DNA of 64,000 nt from positions 117,242,001-117,306,000 of the forward strand of contig OZ024744.1 in NCBI GenBank assembly GCA_964016885.1, given 5' to 3'. The stretch comes from Eledone cirrhosa. Its lineage: Eukaryota. A program made the position numbers and the translations under genes. Of the stretch, positions 1 to 12,697 are shown in pieces; position 1 is the stretch's first letter, and each line of letters opens with the position of its first letter. Under the pieces are notes generated by a model, which ran no database searches, was not told where the DNA came from, and saw only the letters and a list, made by a program, of their open reading frames with translations.

Positions 1-195
1 TACCTAGTAGTGCTATATTTTGTATGTTGTATATATTTGTAAGTCCTGTGGTACTCTATATAATATATATACAGTACCTAGTAGTGCTATCTTTTGTATG
101 TTGTATATATTTGTAAGTCCTGTCGTACTCTATATAATATATACACAGTACCTAGTAGTGCTATATTTTGTATGTTGTATATATTTGTAAGTCCT
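1..195. repeat. 74-bp tandem repeat, about 2.6 copies visible, cut by window edge
   Basis: TACCTAGTAGTGCTAT recurs at 1, 75 and 149. Confidence 0.9.
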
Positions 196-934
196 GGGGT
201 TTGGCTATTTATTTGTCTATGTTTTTTATCATTCCTAGATCACCTATTCTTATAGGTATTGTTTCTGTTTTCATTTTCTTCATTTGAGTTATTTCTATCT
301 CTAGATCTTTATATTTGGAGAGTTTCCCTATTTCCTTGGAAGATATATTGTTGTCTGTGGGGATTGATACATCTATTAGAAGGCATTTTTTTATGTGCGG
401 ACTTTAACTATAATATCTGGTTGGCTATACATATACAAGAGGGGCTTCCATACAGTTTTTTTTACTAAATCTAAATTCCACTCACATTTCTATGACAGTA
501 GGAGACACTTGACGAGGTACTACATTGTGGTTAGTATGAAACATGTCTGTAACTTTTGGTTGCAAAGCGAGATTCTTCCTAACCAAAATTAGCTAATTTC
601 TGCGTCTATTATCAGAGTTTCAATTAGTTAAATCTTTGTTAAGTGGTGCCTTCTCTATCTCAGTATTTCAGGTAGGTAGCTAAGCAGGTAGGAATATATA
701 TATATGTGTGTGTATATATATGCGTTTATGTGTGTAAATATATATGTGTTTATATGTGTGTGTGTGTGTGTGTATGTTTGTGTTTGTATATATATATATA
801 TATATATGTGTGTGTATATGTTTATATATATATAACAGTACACCTGTAATAATAGGCCAATTCATTATAGTAGTCTTATATCAATTTTACGTAAATTACT
901 CAGTTCTTTCACTTAAGTACTCGCATTTACTACA

Positions 935-1084
935 GACAGGTATACCCACTGACAGGTATACTCTCTAACAGGAATGTACTCTCATTTACTGTCAGACAGG
1001 TATATACTCTTGTTAACTATGGACAGGTACATAATCTCATTAACAATAGACAGGTACATACTCCCGTTAACTACAGACAGGTAC
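935..1084. repeat. degenerate ~27-bp tandem repeat
   Basis: GACAGGTA(C/T)ATA recurs at ~27-bp spacing over 995-1084, with looser copies upstream. Confidence 0.7.
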
Positions 1085-1331
1085 GAAACACCTTGGAAGT
1101 GATATTTATTCATACACCAGATTTCTTTCAAATTTTCCTTAGATTCACAATTAAAGAAAAAATTGATATTTTTCATTTCCTTGTTTCATTTATTTATTTA
1201 AGCTTTGAAGTTTGACAGAAACAACACCTGTAATAATGATAATAATAATATCCAAATATAAAGATCTAGAGGTAGAAAAAACTTGAATGTGAATGATGAA
1301 GACAAAATCTATACCTGTAATCTCTTATGAT

Positions 1332-2367
1332 TTACCACTAGGCCCCCACATACCTCCACTATAGTATACTGGAGTAATGTGAAATGTAGTGTTTTGTTCA
1401 AGAACATAACATTCAACCCAGTCTAACACCCTTACCACTAGGCCCCCAGATACCTCCACTGTAGTATACTGGAGTAATGTGAAATGAAGTGTTTTGTTCA
1501 AGAACATAACATTCAACCCAGTCTAACACCCTTACCACTAAGCCACCACATACCCCCACTGTAGTATACTGGAGTAATGTGAAATGTAGTGTTTTGTTCA
1601 AGAACATAACATTCAACCCAGTCTAACACCCTTACCACTAAGCCACCACATACCCCCACTGTAGTATACTGGAGTAATGTGAAATGTAGTGTTTTGTTCA
1701 AGAACATAACATTCAACCCAGTCTAACACCCTTACCACTAAGCCACCACATACCCCCACTGTAGTATACTGGAGTAATGTGAAATGTAGTGTTTTGTTCA
1801 AGAACATAACATTCAACCCAGTCTAACACCCTTACCACTAAGCCACCACATACCCCCACTGTAGTATACTGGAGTAATGTGAAATGTAGTGTTTTGTTCA
1901 AGAACATAACATTCAACCCAGTCTAACACCCTTACCACTAAGCCACCACATACCCCCACTGTAGTATACTGGAGTAATGTGAAATGTAGTGTTTTGTTCA
2001 AGAACATAACATTCAACCCAGTCTAACACCCTTACCACTAAGCCACCACATACCCCCACTGTAGTATACTGGAGTAATGTGAAATGTAGTGTTTTGTTCA
2101 AGAACATAACATTCAACCCAGTCTAACACCCTTACCACTAAGCCACCACATACCCCCACTGTAGTATACTGGAGTAATGTGAAATGTAGTGTTTTGTTCA
2201 AGAACATAACATTCAACCCAGTCTAACACCCTTACCACTAGGCCACCACATACCTCCACTGTAGTATACTGGAGTAATGTGAAATGAAGTGTTTTGTTCA
2301 AGAACACAACACACAACCCAGTCTAACACCCTTACCACTAGGCAACCACATACCTCCACTGTAGTAT
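1332..2367 (-). repeat. 100-bp minisatellite, ~10 copies, derived from a tRNA-SINE 5' end
   Basis: Exact 100-bp period (ORF track repeats every 100 nt); minus-strand unit GGAGGTATGTGGTGGCCTAGTGGTAAGG...TTCTTGAACAAAACACTTCATTTCACATTACTCCAG aligns to the SINE head at 20935. Confidence 0.92.
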
Positions 2368-2625
2368 AGTATCAGAGCTGTGATCTCTCAATTTGGAGAT
2401 TCTTTCCTGAGACATTCTAACCACATGTCATAGTATCAGAGCTGTGATCTCTCAATTCAGAGATTCTTTCCTGAGACATTCTAACATAGTATCAGAGCTC
2501 TGATCTCACAATTCAGAGAAGTGACTCTCTGATCCCCAAGCTGGAGTGACTCTCTGATCCCCAAGCTCTATTGAGTAACATTACTCCAAAGACCCTTCGG
2601 AGGAACCTGATTTCAGCCATTTGGG
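2362..2625 (-). mobile_element. RTE-like LINE fragment with 2-3 copies of the 64-bp unit
   Basis: Minus strand reads MAEIRFLRRVFGVMLL; unit TAGTATCAGAGCTGTGATCTCTCAATT is the same as in the arrays at 16.3 kb and 60.1 kb. Confidence 0.75.
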
Positions 2626-2907
2626 GTTCCCCTAAATGAGATCCATTTATGTATATATGCGGATGTAGCATGACTGAAAGATTAAAAAGCTCTCTTGGCA
2701 ATCAAAAAGTCCTAGGTTCAATTCCACTGCATAAACTCCAGTTCAACCAAGCTAAGTGAAATTGGGGGCAACAGAAACTGTTTAGAAGTGTATTGGATCA
2801 ACTGAACCTAGAATTCAAATGCTCAGCCTTTTTATATGCTGCTACATTGAATCTCACTGATTATTAAAGGCACATGTGTCTGTGTAATGTTTATCCACTT
2901 GTACTAC

Positions 2908-4530
2908 ATGAAGGTGCATGGATTCACAATCGTGAGGCTGTGAGTTCAAATCCCAGACCAGGCAATATATATATATAGTTGTGATGTCACTGGTACCAAG
3001 CTGTATCAGACATTACCTTTCCCGTGGACAACATCATATATAATATATATAGTATATATATAGTTGTGATGTCACTGGTACCAAGCTGTATCAGACATTA
3101 CCTTACCCTTGGACAACATCATATATAATATATATAGTATATATATAGTTGTGATGTCACAGGTACCAAGCTGTATCAGATATTACCTTTCCCGTGGACA
3201 ACATTATATATAATATATATAGTATATATATAGTTGTGATGTCACTGGTACCAAGCTGTATCAGACATTACCTTTCTCTTGGATAACATCATATATAATA
3301 TATATATAGTATATATATAGTTGTGATGTCACTGGTACCAAGCTGTATCAGACATTACCTTTCCCTTGGACAACATCATATATAATATATATAGTATATA
3401 TATAGTTGTGATGTCACTGGTACCAAGCTGTATCAGACATTACCTTTCTCTTGGACAACATCATATATAATATATATAGTATATATATAGTTGTGATGTC
3501 ACTGGTACCAAGCTGTATCAGTCATTACCTTTCTCTTGGACAACATCATATATAATATATATAGTATATATATAGTTGTGATGTCACTGGTACCAAGCTG
3601 TATCAGTCATTACCTTTCTCTTGGACAACATCATATATAATATATATAGTATATATATAGTTGTGATGTCACTGGTACCAAGCTGTATCAGACATTACCT
3701 TTCTCTTGGACAACATCATATATAATATATATATAGTATATATATAGTTGTGATGTCACTGGTACCAAGCTGTATCAGACATTACCTTACCCTTGGACAA
3801 CATCATATATAATATATATAGTATATATATAGTTGTGATGTCACTGGTACCAAGCTGTATCAGACATTACCTTTCTCTTGGACAACATCATATATAATAT
3901 ATATAGTATATATATAGTTATGATGTCACTGGTACCAAACTGTATCAGACATTACCTTTCCCTTGGACAACTTCATATATAATCTATATAGTATATATAT
4001 ATTTGTGATGTCACTGGTACCAAGCTGTATCAGACATTACCTTTCCCTTGGACAACATCATATATAATATATATAGTATATATATAGTTGTGATGTCACT
4101 GGTACCAAGCTGTATCAGACATTACCTTTCCCTTACACAACATCATATATAATATATATAGTATATATATATTTGTGATGTCACTGGTACCAAGCTGTAT
4201 CAGATATTACCTTTCTCTTGGATAACATCATATATAATATATATATAGTTGTGATGTCACTGGTACCAAGCTGTATCAGACATTACCTTTCCCTTGGACA
4301 ACATCATATATAATATATATATATAGTATATATATAGTTGTGATGTCACTGGTACCAAGCTGTATCAGACATTACCTTTAGTTTAGACAACATCTGTGGA
4401 GAGGGGAGGCTGGGATATATGGGTGACTGCTGGTCTTCAGAAATAACCTTGCCTGAACTTGTGTCTTGGAAGGCACTTTCTAGGTACAAATCCCAGGTCA
4501 TTTGTGAGAAAAGAGTGTCTTTTTCCTTTA
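2908..4530 (+). mobile_element. tRNA-derived SINE with an internal tandem expansion
   Basis: Head with B-box-like GTGAGTTCAAATCC at ~2940; body resumes after the array (GTGGAGAGGGGAGGCTGG...GACTGCTGGTCTTC) and matches the reverse copy at 21718-21945. Confidence 0.7.
2966..4393 (+). repeat. 85-bp minisatellite, ~17 copies (SINE body segment plus TA-rich spacer)
   Basis: AGTTGTGATGTCACTGGTACCAAGCTGTATCAG at 2977, 3062, 3147 ... 4336. Confidence 0.95.
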
Positions 4531-4786
4531 CTTTACTACATACTCTCGGGTTTCAAATAATTCCAACCACCCCTGCTTATTAAATGTTGCTAATCTATCT
4601 CTGGATAAATGTTATTTTAAGTGGTAACATTCTTGTGACAATTAATTTTCTTTAGACATTAAAAAAAATTAGCAGAAAAACCGCTCTTCGGGTGGTTTTC
4701 TGCTAGCATATGTAGCATGCATATCGGTATTATACACAAATATATATGTATATAGATATATGTAAATTGAAAAGTAAATTGACAAT

Positions 4787-5362
4787 ATCTTCTTCTTCTC
4801 CCACTTATTTCTGAGAGGGTCGTGGGGGCAGAGTCCTTCTCAAACACCCCTTCCAGAGAGTCTGTTAGTAGCAAACATCTCTAACTGATCTAGCTGGATC
4901 CCAAAGTGTGACCAGCCAAGCTCATGGATGTTATCCAACTATCTTGCTCAGGGTCTACCTCTGGGTCTCTTGCCGGTTGGTTTTGCCTGTAAAATGTGTC
5001 CAGCGATTCTTTACTGAGACATTCTAACCACATGTCCATAATATCGGAGTTGTGATCTCTCAATTCGGAGAAGTAGCGGCTCTACCAGGAGTGACTCTCT
5101 GGTCTCTGAGTTATGCACTTTATCGAGTAACGTTACTCCAAAGACCCTTCGTAAGAGTTGGCAGGAATACCAGGAAGACAGCGAGTTTGGCTTTTACACC
5201 TACCCCCTGTCATCTGATTGTTGAATGCTGAGGCTGGCGCATTACTGCATCAGCTTTTGCAATTCTTGCACTTAATTCAGCCTCCTGCATTCCATCACTC
5301 ATGAACACGGCCCCAAGATACTTGAACTTCTCTAACTGCTTCAGTAGAACTCCATTCACATG
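4787..5362 (-). mobile_element. RTE-like LINE, decayed 3' part of the RT ORF
   Basis: Minus strand: LKQLEKFKYLGAVFMSDG; RIERSQLRYYGHVVRMS; KRPRGRP; internal stops and deletions. Confidence 0.8.
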
Positions 5363-5564
5363 TATATAAATTTGAGGGACTTCTCTCCACCCGTCCATGA
5401 CACAATGTGTGTGTGTGTTTGTATGAATGTATGTGTGTGTCAAAGAAAGAAAAGGGATACACACATATATGTCTCTAACTTTAAAACAGTGACACACACA
5501 CACGTGTCTAACTTAAGAACACCAAGAAACTCGCGTGTGCACATACACACACTGTCCTATTACC

Positions 5565-6250
5565 ACTTAAGAGCGTTGGCCCGGGCAAAGATCCCCTCAA
5601 TTTTGGAACCATCTGGGTTGTCCTGAATTGATGGGAAAAGACTTGACGGTCTTACTCTGTGCTCCTGGTCAAGAGGCAGGTACCTTACCTGGGACATCAC
5701 AGTTGGTGACTCTTTTGCTTCTTCCCACATCCTGGATGCAGCGGTAAGGGCGAGAGCTACAGCATCCGCAGCTGAACAGAACAAAATCCTAAAATACCGT
5801 GTTCTGTGAACTAACTACATTATCCATCCTGTGGCGTACAAGAGATTTGGAGGAGTCGGGATACTGACAGCGAGATTCTTATCTTCACTGGCGGCTCGCC
5901 AAACATAGGGAACTGGTGATGCTCGTGAGGGCACTTGGTTCTTCCAGCACCTCAGCCTCGCCATCACCCCAGGTAACGCTGCGAGCATGCTGGCTTACCT
6001 AAAAAATTATTAGAGAGATTTCCTAGTGCTCCTTGCTATATTGCTATCTTTTGCTCCTTTTTCCATTCTTTCGCCTGCATATTGTTCTATGGGGTCTAAG
6101 ATGTGGGTATTACGTGCTTGTGTATTTTTTCTCTTTCTTTTTTTCCTTTCCCTTTCCTTTGTATATATTATATTTGTTTGTGTTTTCGTTCTGTAATCAT
6201 TATAAGCTTTAAAAAAATGTGTTAAACTGTGTTGTTAATAAATAAATAAA
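5565..6250 (+). mobile_element. CRE-like non-LTR retrotransposon 3' end (restriction-like endonuclease), pseudogenised
   Basis: LEPSGL..DGKRLDGLTL..W..G..LTWDITV.D..AS..AAEQNKILKY..FQHLSLAI..GNAASML, followed by a T-rich UTR and AATAAA repeats. Confidence 0.72.
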
Positions 6251-6969
6251 ACGTTATACTTGTTTTACCCTCCCATTTCCAATTCACCGAACGCTGCTAT
6301 CATGACTGTATGTATGTGTTTGTGTAAATGTATATGTGTGAAAGTATGTATGTGTTTGTGTGAAAGTATGTGTATTTGTGTGAATGTATGTCCGTGAGCG
6401 TGTAGTTTTATAAGTTTGTGTTTGCACGATTATAGTTATATACTCATACATATAGATGTATGTATGTGCACATACACATAGATACACACGTAGAAAATCA
6501 TAACCACTCTATCTCTCTGTATCTCTCTCACCACACACTCTCTCTTTCTATATATATGCTAGATGAAGTGGTGGTGGTGGTGGCGGCGATATAGCGGAAG
6601 TGTAGAAATTTGAAATTTTGAAAAGAATCAATAACAATATTTATATTAAATTTAATCAAAATTTAGTACATAAATTATGTAATATTGATTCATTATTTAT
6701 TCAAAGTAATCCAACTTATTTTGCTAACTGGATTAAAAGAAATAAACCGTACACAGTCCCGCACTCCTTACTTTATTATAATTTAGATTATACATGACAA
6801 ACAAATACATTACTAGAAATACCATATGTTATAAAATAAGTAGGATGGGCTGGGGGTCTCAATATGTAAACTAAACGACTAATTCTGGTTTTTAAAACAA
6901 ACCAACAGAGACAACCTAGAAAAATTACCGACCCCCCCCCCTCTTTAACTTTCACAAAGAACAGTTTGT

Positions 6970-7159
6970 ACAAGGGTCAGCTGAAAAGTCCACAGGCTGA
7001 CCAAGATACTCTCATGGAATGACCAAATGAGGTTTATTTTTCAACATAGTCCCTAGAAAGAACCAATGCAGTTATTAATTATTAAGAAGAGTTGAAATTA
7101 ATGGCATATACGATTTCACAGCTCTAGCATCACTCCTCCATAATCAGCGGACCTTCGTA
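6970..7159. mobile_element. Tc1/mariner-type MITE remnant
   Basis: TACAAGGGTCAGCTGAAAAGT ... ATCAGCGGACCTTCGTA imperfect TIRs ending in TA; related left end at 9416. Confidence 0.5.
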
Positions 7160-7206
7160 TATATATATATATATACATTTATATACACACACACATATAT
7201 ACATAC

Positions 7207-7257
<51 letters not shown>

Positions 7258-7289
7258 TAAATATATACATACACATATGTACATAACAA

Positions 7290-7327
7290 TAAATATGTTT
7301 CTGGGTCATTACCCTTCATCAGGACTC
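7290..7327 (-). ncRNA. hammerhead ribozyme core remnant (Penelope-type), probably non-functional
   Basis: Minus strand CTGATGA-aGGGTaatgACCCa-GAAA-CATAT; no stem I partner after the cleavage site. Confidence 0.45.
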
Positions 7328-7404
7328 TATACCTCTGCCATATATATTTTAGGGACTTTAGGATCACCAAAGTAAGGAGCACTTAATGCATGTCCCTAGT
7401 AGTA

Positions 7405-7723
7405 CACAGACACACACATATATACATACATTTACGCAAACACACACACAAACACATATATATACATACATTTACACATATATATACATACATTTACACA
7501 AACACACATATATATAGATACATTTACACACATATATATACATACATTTACACAAACACACATATATATATACATAAATTTACACAAACACACATATATA
7601 TACATACATTTACACACATATATATACATACATTTACACAAACACACATATATATAGATACATTTACACAAACACACATATATATAGATACATTTACACA
7701 AACACACACACATATATATATAT
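7405..7723. repeat. compound (CA)/(TA) repeat, ~30-bp period; same type at 8550-8900
   Basis: CATTTACACAAACACACATATATA motif repeated. Confidence 0.85.
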
Positions 7724-8168
7724 ACAGGGAATAATTTGTAAAGTGTGTAAGCACACACAGCTAGGTAGGTAACCAATTACAGTTTAACTAGAACTTCAAA
7801 TATAGATACCTTTTAAAATGATTAATCTCCTTTGTATATATTTCTTTAAATAAAAAATATATTTCACCAATTAATCCGTAAATCACAGCAGTCAAATCCT
7901 GGATGGTCACCAAAGGAGAAGAAAATAACTATCTGCGTTTACAAAATATAATTATTTTCTTAGTTATTTTCTTCTCCTTTGGTGACCATCCAGGATTTGA
8001 CTGCTGTGATTTACGGATTAATTGGTGAAATATATTTTTTATTTAAAGAAATATATACAAAGGAGATTAATTATTTTAAAAGGTATCTATATTTGAAGTT
8101 CTAGTTAAACTTTAATTGGTTACCTACCTAGCTGTGTGTGCTTACACACTTTACAAATTATTCCCTGT
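7724..8168. repeat. long inverted repeat (~208-bp arms, 29-bp spacer)
   Basis: 7724-7931 is the near-perfect reverse complement of 7961-8168. Confidence 0.95.
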
Positions 8169-8207
8169 GATTGTTCCATATGTTTATTATTTTATATATA
8201 TATAATA

Positions 8208-8396
8208 GGCGGTGGATTGGCAGTATCGGTGGAGGGTCGGACGCCATGCTTTCCAGCATAGTTACGTCCCTTTACGATCTGAGTTCAAATCCCGCCGAGG
8301 TTGACTTTGCCTTTCATCCTTACGGGGTCGATAAAATAAAGTACCAGTAATGCACTGGGTATTTGCTGGCCTTGTGCCTAAAGTAGAAACAATTAT
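8208..8396 (+). mobile_element. tRNA-derived SINE with Nin/Deu-type core (~190 bp family)
   Basis: A-box-like TGGCAGTATCGG, B box GAGTTCAAATCC, core GACTTTGCCTTTCATCCTTACGGGGTCGATAAAATAAAGTACCAG; many copies in window. Confidence 0.85.
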
Positions 8397-8855
8397 TTTA
8401 TATATATATGTCAATCTATTTCTAGTTGATATAAAATGCTCGGATCTATTCATCTATTCTTTGAACTTATTTTGCAGTGGATATGGCGCATGTCTCTCAG
8501 ACACGACACCTTTAATTTAATTTTGGATATCATCATCATCATCATCATCATATATATATATATACATACATTTACACAAACACACACACATATATATATA
8601 TATACATACATTTACACAAACACACATATACATACATTTACACAGACACACACACACATAAATATATATACATTTACACAGACACACACATATATATATA
8701 CATTTACACAGACACACACACATATATATATATACATTTACACAGATACACACACATATATATATGTATACACATTTACACAGACACACACATATATATA
8801 TATATATATATTTACACAGACACACACATATATATATATATATACATTTACACAG

Positions 8856-8900
<45 letters not shown>

Positions 8901-8902
<2 letters not shown>

Positions 8903-9330
8903 ATATATAAGATCAAAAGATGGTTAAAAGAGTTCCATGTATTTTATTATGCGCATTTCAAAAACAAATATCATCATGCAATAACATTTGTGTTTTCATC
9001 ACATAAAATAGGAAGACATGATATGAAGGTTAAAAAACACTCGTGGATAGTGCAGTTTTAAATCAACATATCCACAAGTGTTTTTTGCACTATCCACAAG
9101 TGTTTTTTAACCTTCATATCATGTCCTCCTATTTTATCTGATGAAAACACAAATGTTATTGCATGATGATATTTGTTTTTGAAATGCGCATAATAAAATA
9201 CATGGAACTCTTTTAACCATCTTTTGATCTTATATATTATGTATACTCCAGTCCTACAAACTGTAGAGTGCTTCTTATCCGATATCTGCATTGCTTTATT
9301 GTACTACAATAAAACTCACCTCCTACATAT
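8901..9330 (+). mobile_element. Penelope-like terminal repeat with an inverted partial copy
   Basis: 8901-9054 is the reverse complement of 9087-9240; the right arm continues and carries a hammerhead motif. Confidence 0.7.
9130..9200 (+). ncRNA. type I hammerhead ribozyme with short palindromic stem III
   Basis: Stem I TATTTTAT/ATAAAATA, CTGATGA at 9138-9144, long stem II hairpin, GAAA at 9181, stem III TGCGCA, AUA cleavage triplet ending 9192. Confidence 0.8.
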
Positions 9331-9381
9331 ATGTATATATATATATATATTTATATATACACATTTACACAGACACACACA

Positions 9382-9417
<36 letters not shown>

Positions 9418-9500
9418 CGAGGGTTAGCTGAAAAGTTCATAGGCAGACCAGGATATTGCCCTCCTAGGAACCTTTTGTCCGACCCCCAACCACGTTGTAT

Positions 9501-10205
9501 GTTTAAACCGGCCGTATCCAGCCAGAATTCTCTCATTGCTTTCTGTTTAAACTGGCCATAACCAGCCCCTCATACTTATGTTAAGGTATTGTTCTCAAAC
9601 TCTCATAAATTCAATATTATGTGAAATAATTATGTGAGGTAAAGCCTTTACTGTGAAAATACAATAGTATATATAGAGTAATGTAAATGTTATGTGAGAT
9701 ATTATATGAGGTAAAGCCTTTACTGTGAAAATACAATAGTATATATAGAGTAATGTAAATGTTATGTGAGTTATTATGTGAGGTAAAGCCTTTACTGTGA
9801 AAATACAATAGTATATATAGAGTAATGTAAATGTTATGTGAGATATTATGTGAGGTAAAGCCTTTACTGTGAAAATACAATAGTATATATAGAGTAATGT
9901 AAATGTTATGTGAGATATTATGTGAGGTAAAGACTTTACTGTGAAAATACAATAGTATATATAGAGTAATGTAAATGTTATGTGAGATATTATGTGAGGT
10001 AAAGACTTTACTGTGAAAATACAATAGTATATATAGAGTAATGTAAATGTTATGTGAGATATTATGTGAGGTAAAGTCTTTACTGTGAAAATACAATAGT
10101 ATATATAGAGTAATATAAATGTTATGTGAGATATTATGTAAGGTAAAGCCTTTACTGTGAAAATACAATAGTATATATAGAGTAATGTGAGTGCTAAAGG
10201 GTTAA
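9501..10205 (-). mobile_element. TTAA/piggyBac-type MITE copy carrying an internal 72-bp array
   Basis: Reverse match to MITE at 61295-61508; ends GCTAAAGGGTTAA at 10205. Confidence 0.75.
9630..10188. repeat. 72-bp minisatellite, ~8 copies
   Basis: 24-aa periodic ORF; unit TATGTGAGGTAAAGCCTTTACTGTGAAAATACAATAGTATATATAGAGTAATGTAAATG... Confidence 0.95.
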
Positions 10206-10502
10206 GAGTTTCCCATGTCTGTCATAGCCAGGATGGTTATGTTAAAATATCTCTACATAAAACAACACAACACATCATAACATAACAAATACCATCCATT
10301 ATATTCACTGGACAACAAGAGAAATACTTAACATTTTATATATTTTCAAAATAAATATTCTGGGATGTGTTGTTGTTTTGTCAGCTATTTCATTCTGATC
10401 CACTGGTCTTGTCCTCTCGTTGACAATAGACTTAAATATTTCTCATTTATTTTATATCATAAGCTCAAGGCTGCTACACATTTTTTGGGGGGTGGGGAGA
10501 GT

Positions 10503-10675
10503 ATCACCACAACCATCACCATCACCATTACCATTTTCATCATCATCACCACCACCATCATAACAATCACCACCACTACCATCATCATCATCACCATCAT
10601 CACCACCATTATCACCACCAACATCACCACCACCACCACCAGCATCATCATCATCATTATCTCCACCACCATCAG
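10503..10675. repeat. (CAC/CAT)n microsatellite
   Basis: Direct inspection. Confidence 0.9.
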
Positions 10676-10823
10676 CAGGTGTGTATGTCTTGAAACCAAT
10701 TATTGTTTATTTGTTTGTTTAATTAAGGTAAGAATATTTACCTGTCACTGCTGAGCTGCCAGGCTTCTGTTTATAGAGAAAAGTAGACTAGGAGATGAGG
10801 CAGGGAGAAATAAACACACACAT

Positions 10824-10956
<133 letters not shown>

Positions 10957-10969
10957 CACACATATATAT

Positions 10970-11016
<47 letters not shown>

Positions 11017-11214
11017 TACATACACACATATACATACACACACATATATATACACATATACACACATACACAGTTTCCTGGGGCAATGTTAAAAGACTTA
11101 TTTTTAATATGGTAAGCTGTGGAATCAAACATAAGCTCATGGCTATGAAACGAGCTCCCTAAAAACATGTCTTTAGTTTAAAGTCTGTCTGGAGCCAGGA
11201 ACCTTGTGAGGCTG

Positions 11215-11704
11215 GTGTTTGTTCAAGAACACAACACACAATCCAGTCTAACACCCTTACCACTAGGCCACCACATACCTCCACTGTTCTATACTGGAGT
11301 AATGTGAAATGAAGTGTTTTGTTCAAGAACACAACACACAACCCAGTCTAATACCCTACCACTAGGCCACCACATACCTGCACTGTAGTATACTGGAGTA
11401 ATGTGAAATGAAGTGTTTTGTTCAAGAACACAACACACAACCCAGTCTAATACCCTTACCACTAGGCCACCACATACCTCCACTGTAGTATACTGGAGTA
11501 ATGTGAAATGAAGTGTCTTGTTCAAGAACACAACACACAACCCAGTCTAACACCCTTACCACTAGGCCACCACATGCCTCCACTGAAGTATACTGGAGTA
11601 ATGTGAAATGAAGTGTTTTGTTCAAGAACAACCCAGTCTAACACCCTTACCACTAGGCCACCGCATACCTCCACTGTAGTATACTGGAGTAATGTGAAAT
11701 GAAG
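11215..11704 (-). repeat. second array of the 100-bp SINE-derived unit, ~5 copies
   Basis: Same unit and same internal junction (CCCAGTCTAACACCCTTACC) as 1332-2367. Confidence 0.92.
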
Positions 11705-12676
11705 GGTCTTATATTTCTCCGTGGCTTCTTTGTATACTCTGATTTGGCTCTTTGGTTGTAGCCAGAGAACTGCATGCGGTTGATGAAGTGTTGGATGTGT
11801 CTTTCCATTTTAGTTGGGTCACACATGTGGGACACATTCTTCATCACTCTTACCAAGTCTGCGATGAGAATATTAAACTTAGCACTATTGGACATTGCTG
11901 AGTTTTTGAGTATCAGGTATTTGGAGGCCATGAGTTTAGCATAATGCAAGTGAATTTGGGCCCTCTCATCTATAGTGTTAATCCAGAGTTCCGTGTCTAA
12001 TACTGGTAGTCTATTGTTAGGGTGTTTGGAAGGGTAGTCGATAGTTACTGTTATACTCTGGTGTATGGAGTTAGCTATCTGCTGGATGATTTCCATTGTG
12101 CTAAAAAGGAACCACGGAGAAATATAAGACCCTCATAGAAATGGATATGAAAGGAATTTGCCCATTATACAGGAACAAATCATGGAATAGCATAGATAGG
12201 ACTAAACATAAGATAGGGAAAGCCACTTCATGGTACGACAACCAGAGATACCAGAATGTCATAGAAATGACCCAACAGGTAGGCAAATCAGAGAAGCAAC
12301 TAAGATAGAAGTAAGAAGACCAAAGTTAAACAGAAAAAATGAATGGAATAACAACAACAACAACCATACCCAAACAAACAATACTGACTTAAGGGAAATA
12401 TGAATAAATAAATAAATAAATATATACACAAGTACAATAACAACAAACACATATAAACACACACTAGTAAACTAAGATAGAATACAAAAACAAAAACACA
12501 CACCAAACGCTATACACACACGCAAACGCATGCGCAGAGACAGGGACAAGAATAAATAAATAAATAAATAAATAAAATAAAAATGCCATAAATGTTACAA
12601 TACAACAGGAGGGAACATGATAATAGTACCACTGATGATGTTGCAGATGTGCAACGAAAGAACTTTGTTAGACTAT
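11703..12676. mobile_element. Penelope-like element fragment with inverted 5' segment
   Basis: Minus-strand RT C-terminal peptide IANSIHQSITVTIDYPS..NNRLPVLD..MQFSGY; plus-strand GIY-YIG tail RQIREATKIE..LNRKNEWN; CCACGGAGAAATATAAGACCCT occurs inverted at 11703 and 12112; CTGATGA..GAAA near the 3' end. Confidence 0.8.
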
Positions 12677-12697
12677 ATATATATATATATATTTATA

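Noticed and set aside
2966-4393. CRISPR-like repeat/spacer layout
   Set aside because: Spacers are near-identical TA tracts, no cas genes, eukaryotic context.
6560-6780. Possible promoter (GCGGAAGTG, a few CpGs)
   Set aside because: Short motifs only; no linked exon.
10742-10790. Possible minus-strand micro-exon; similar donor-like site near 18875
   Set aside because: Splice-like motifs alone are common by chance; no coding support.
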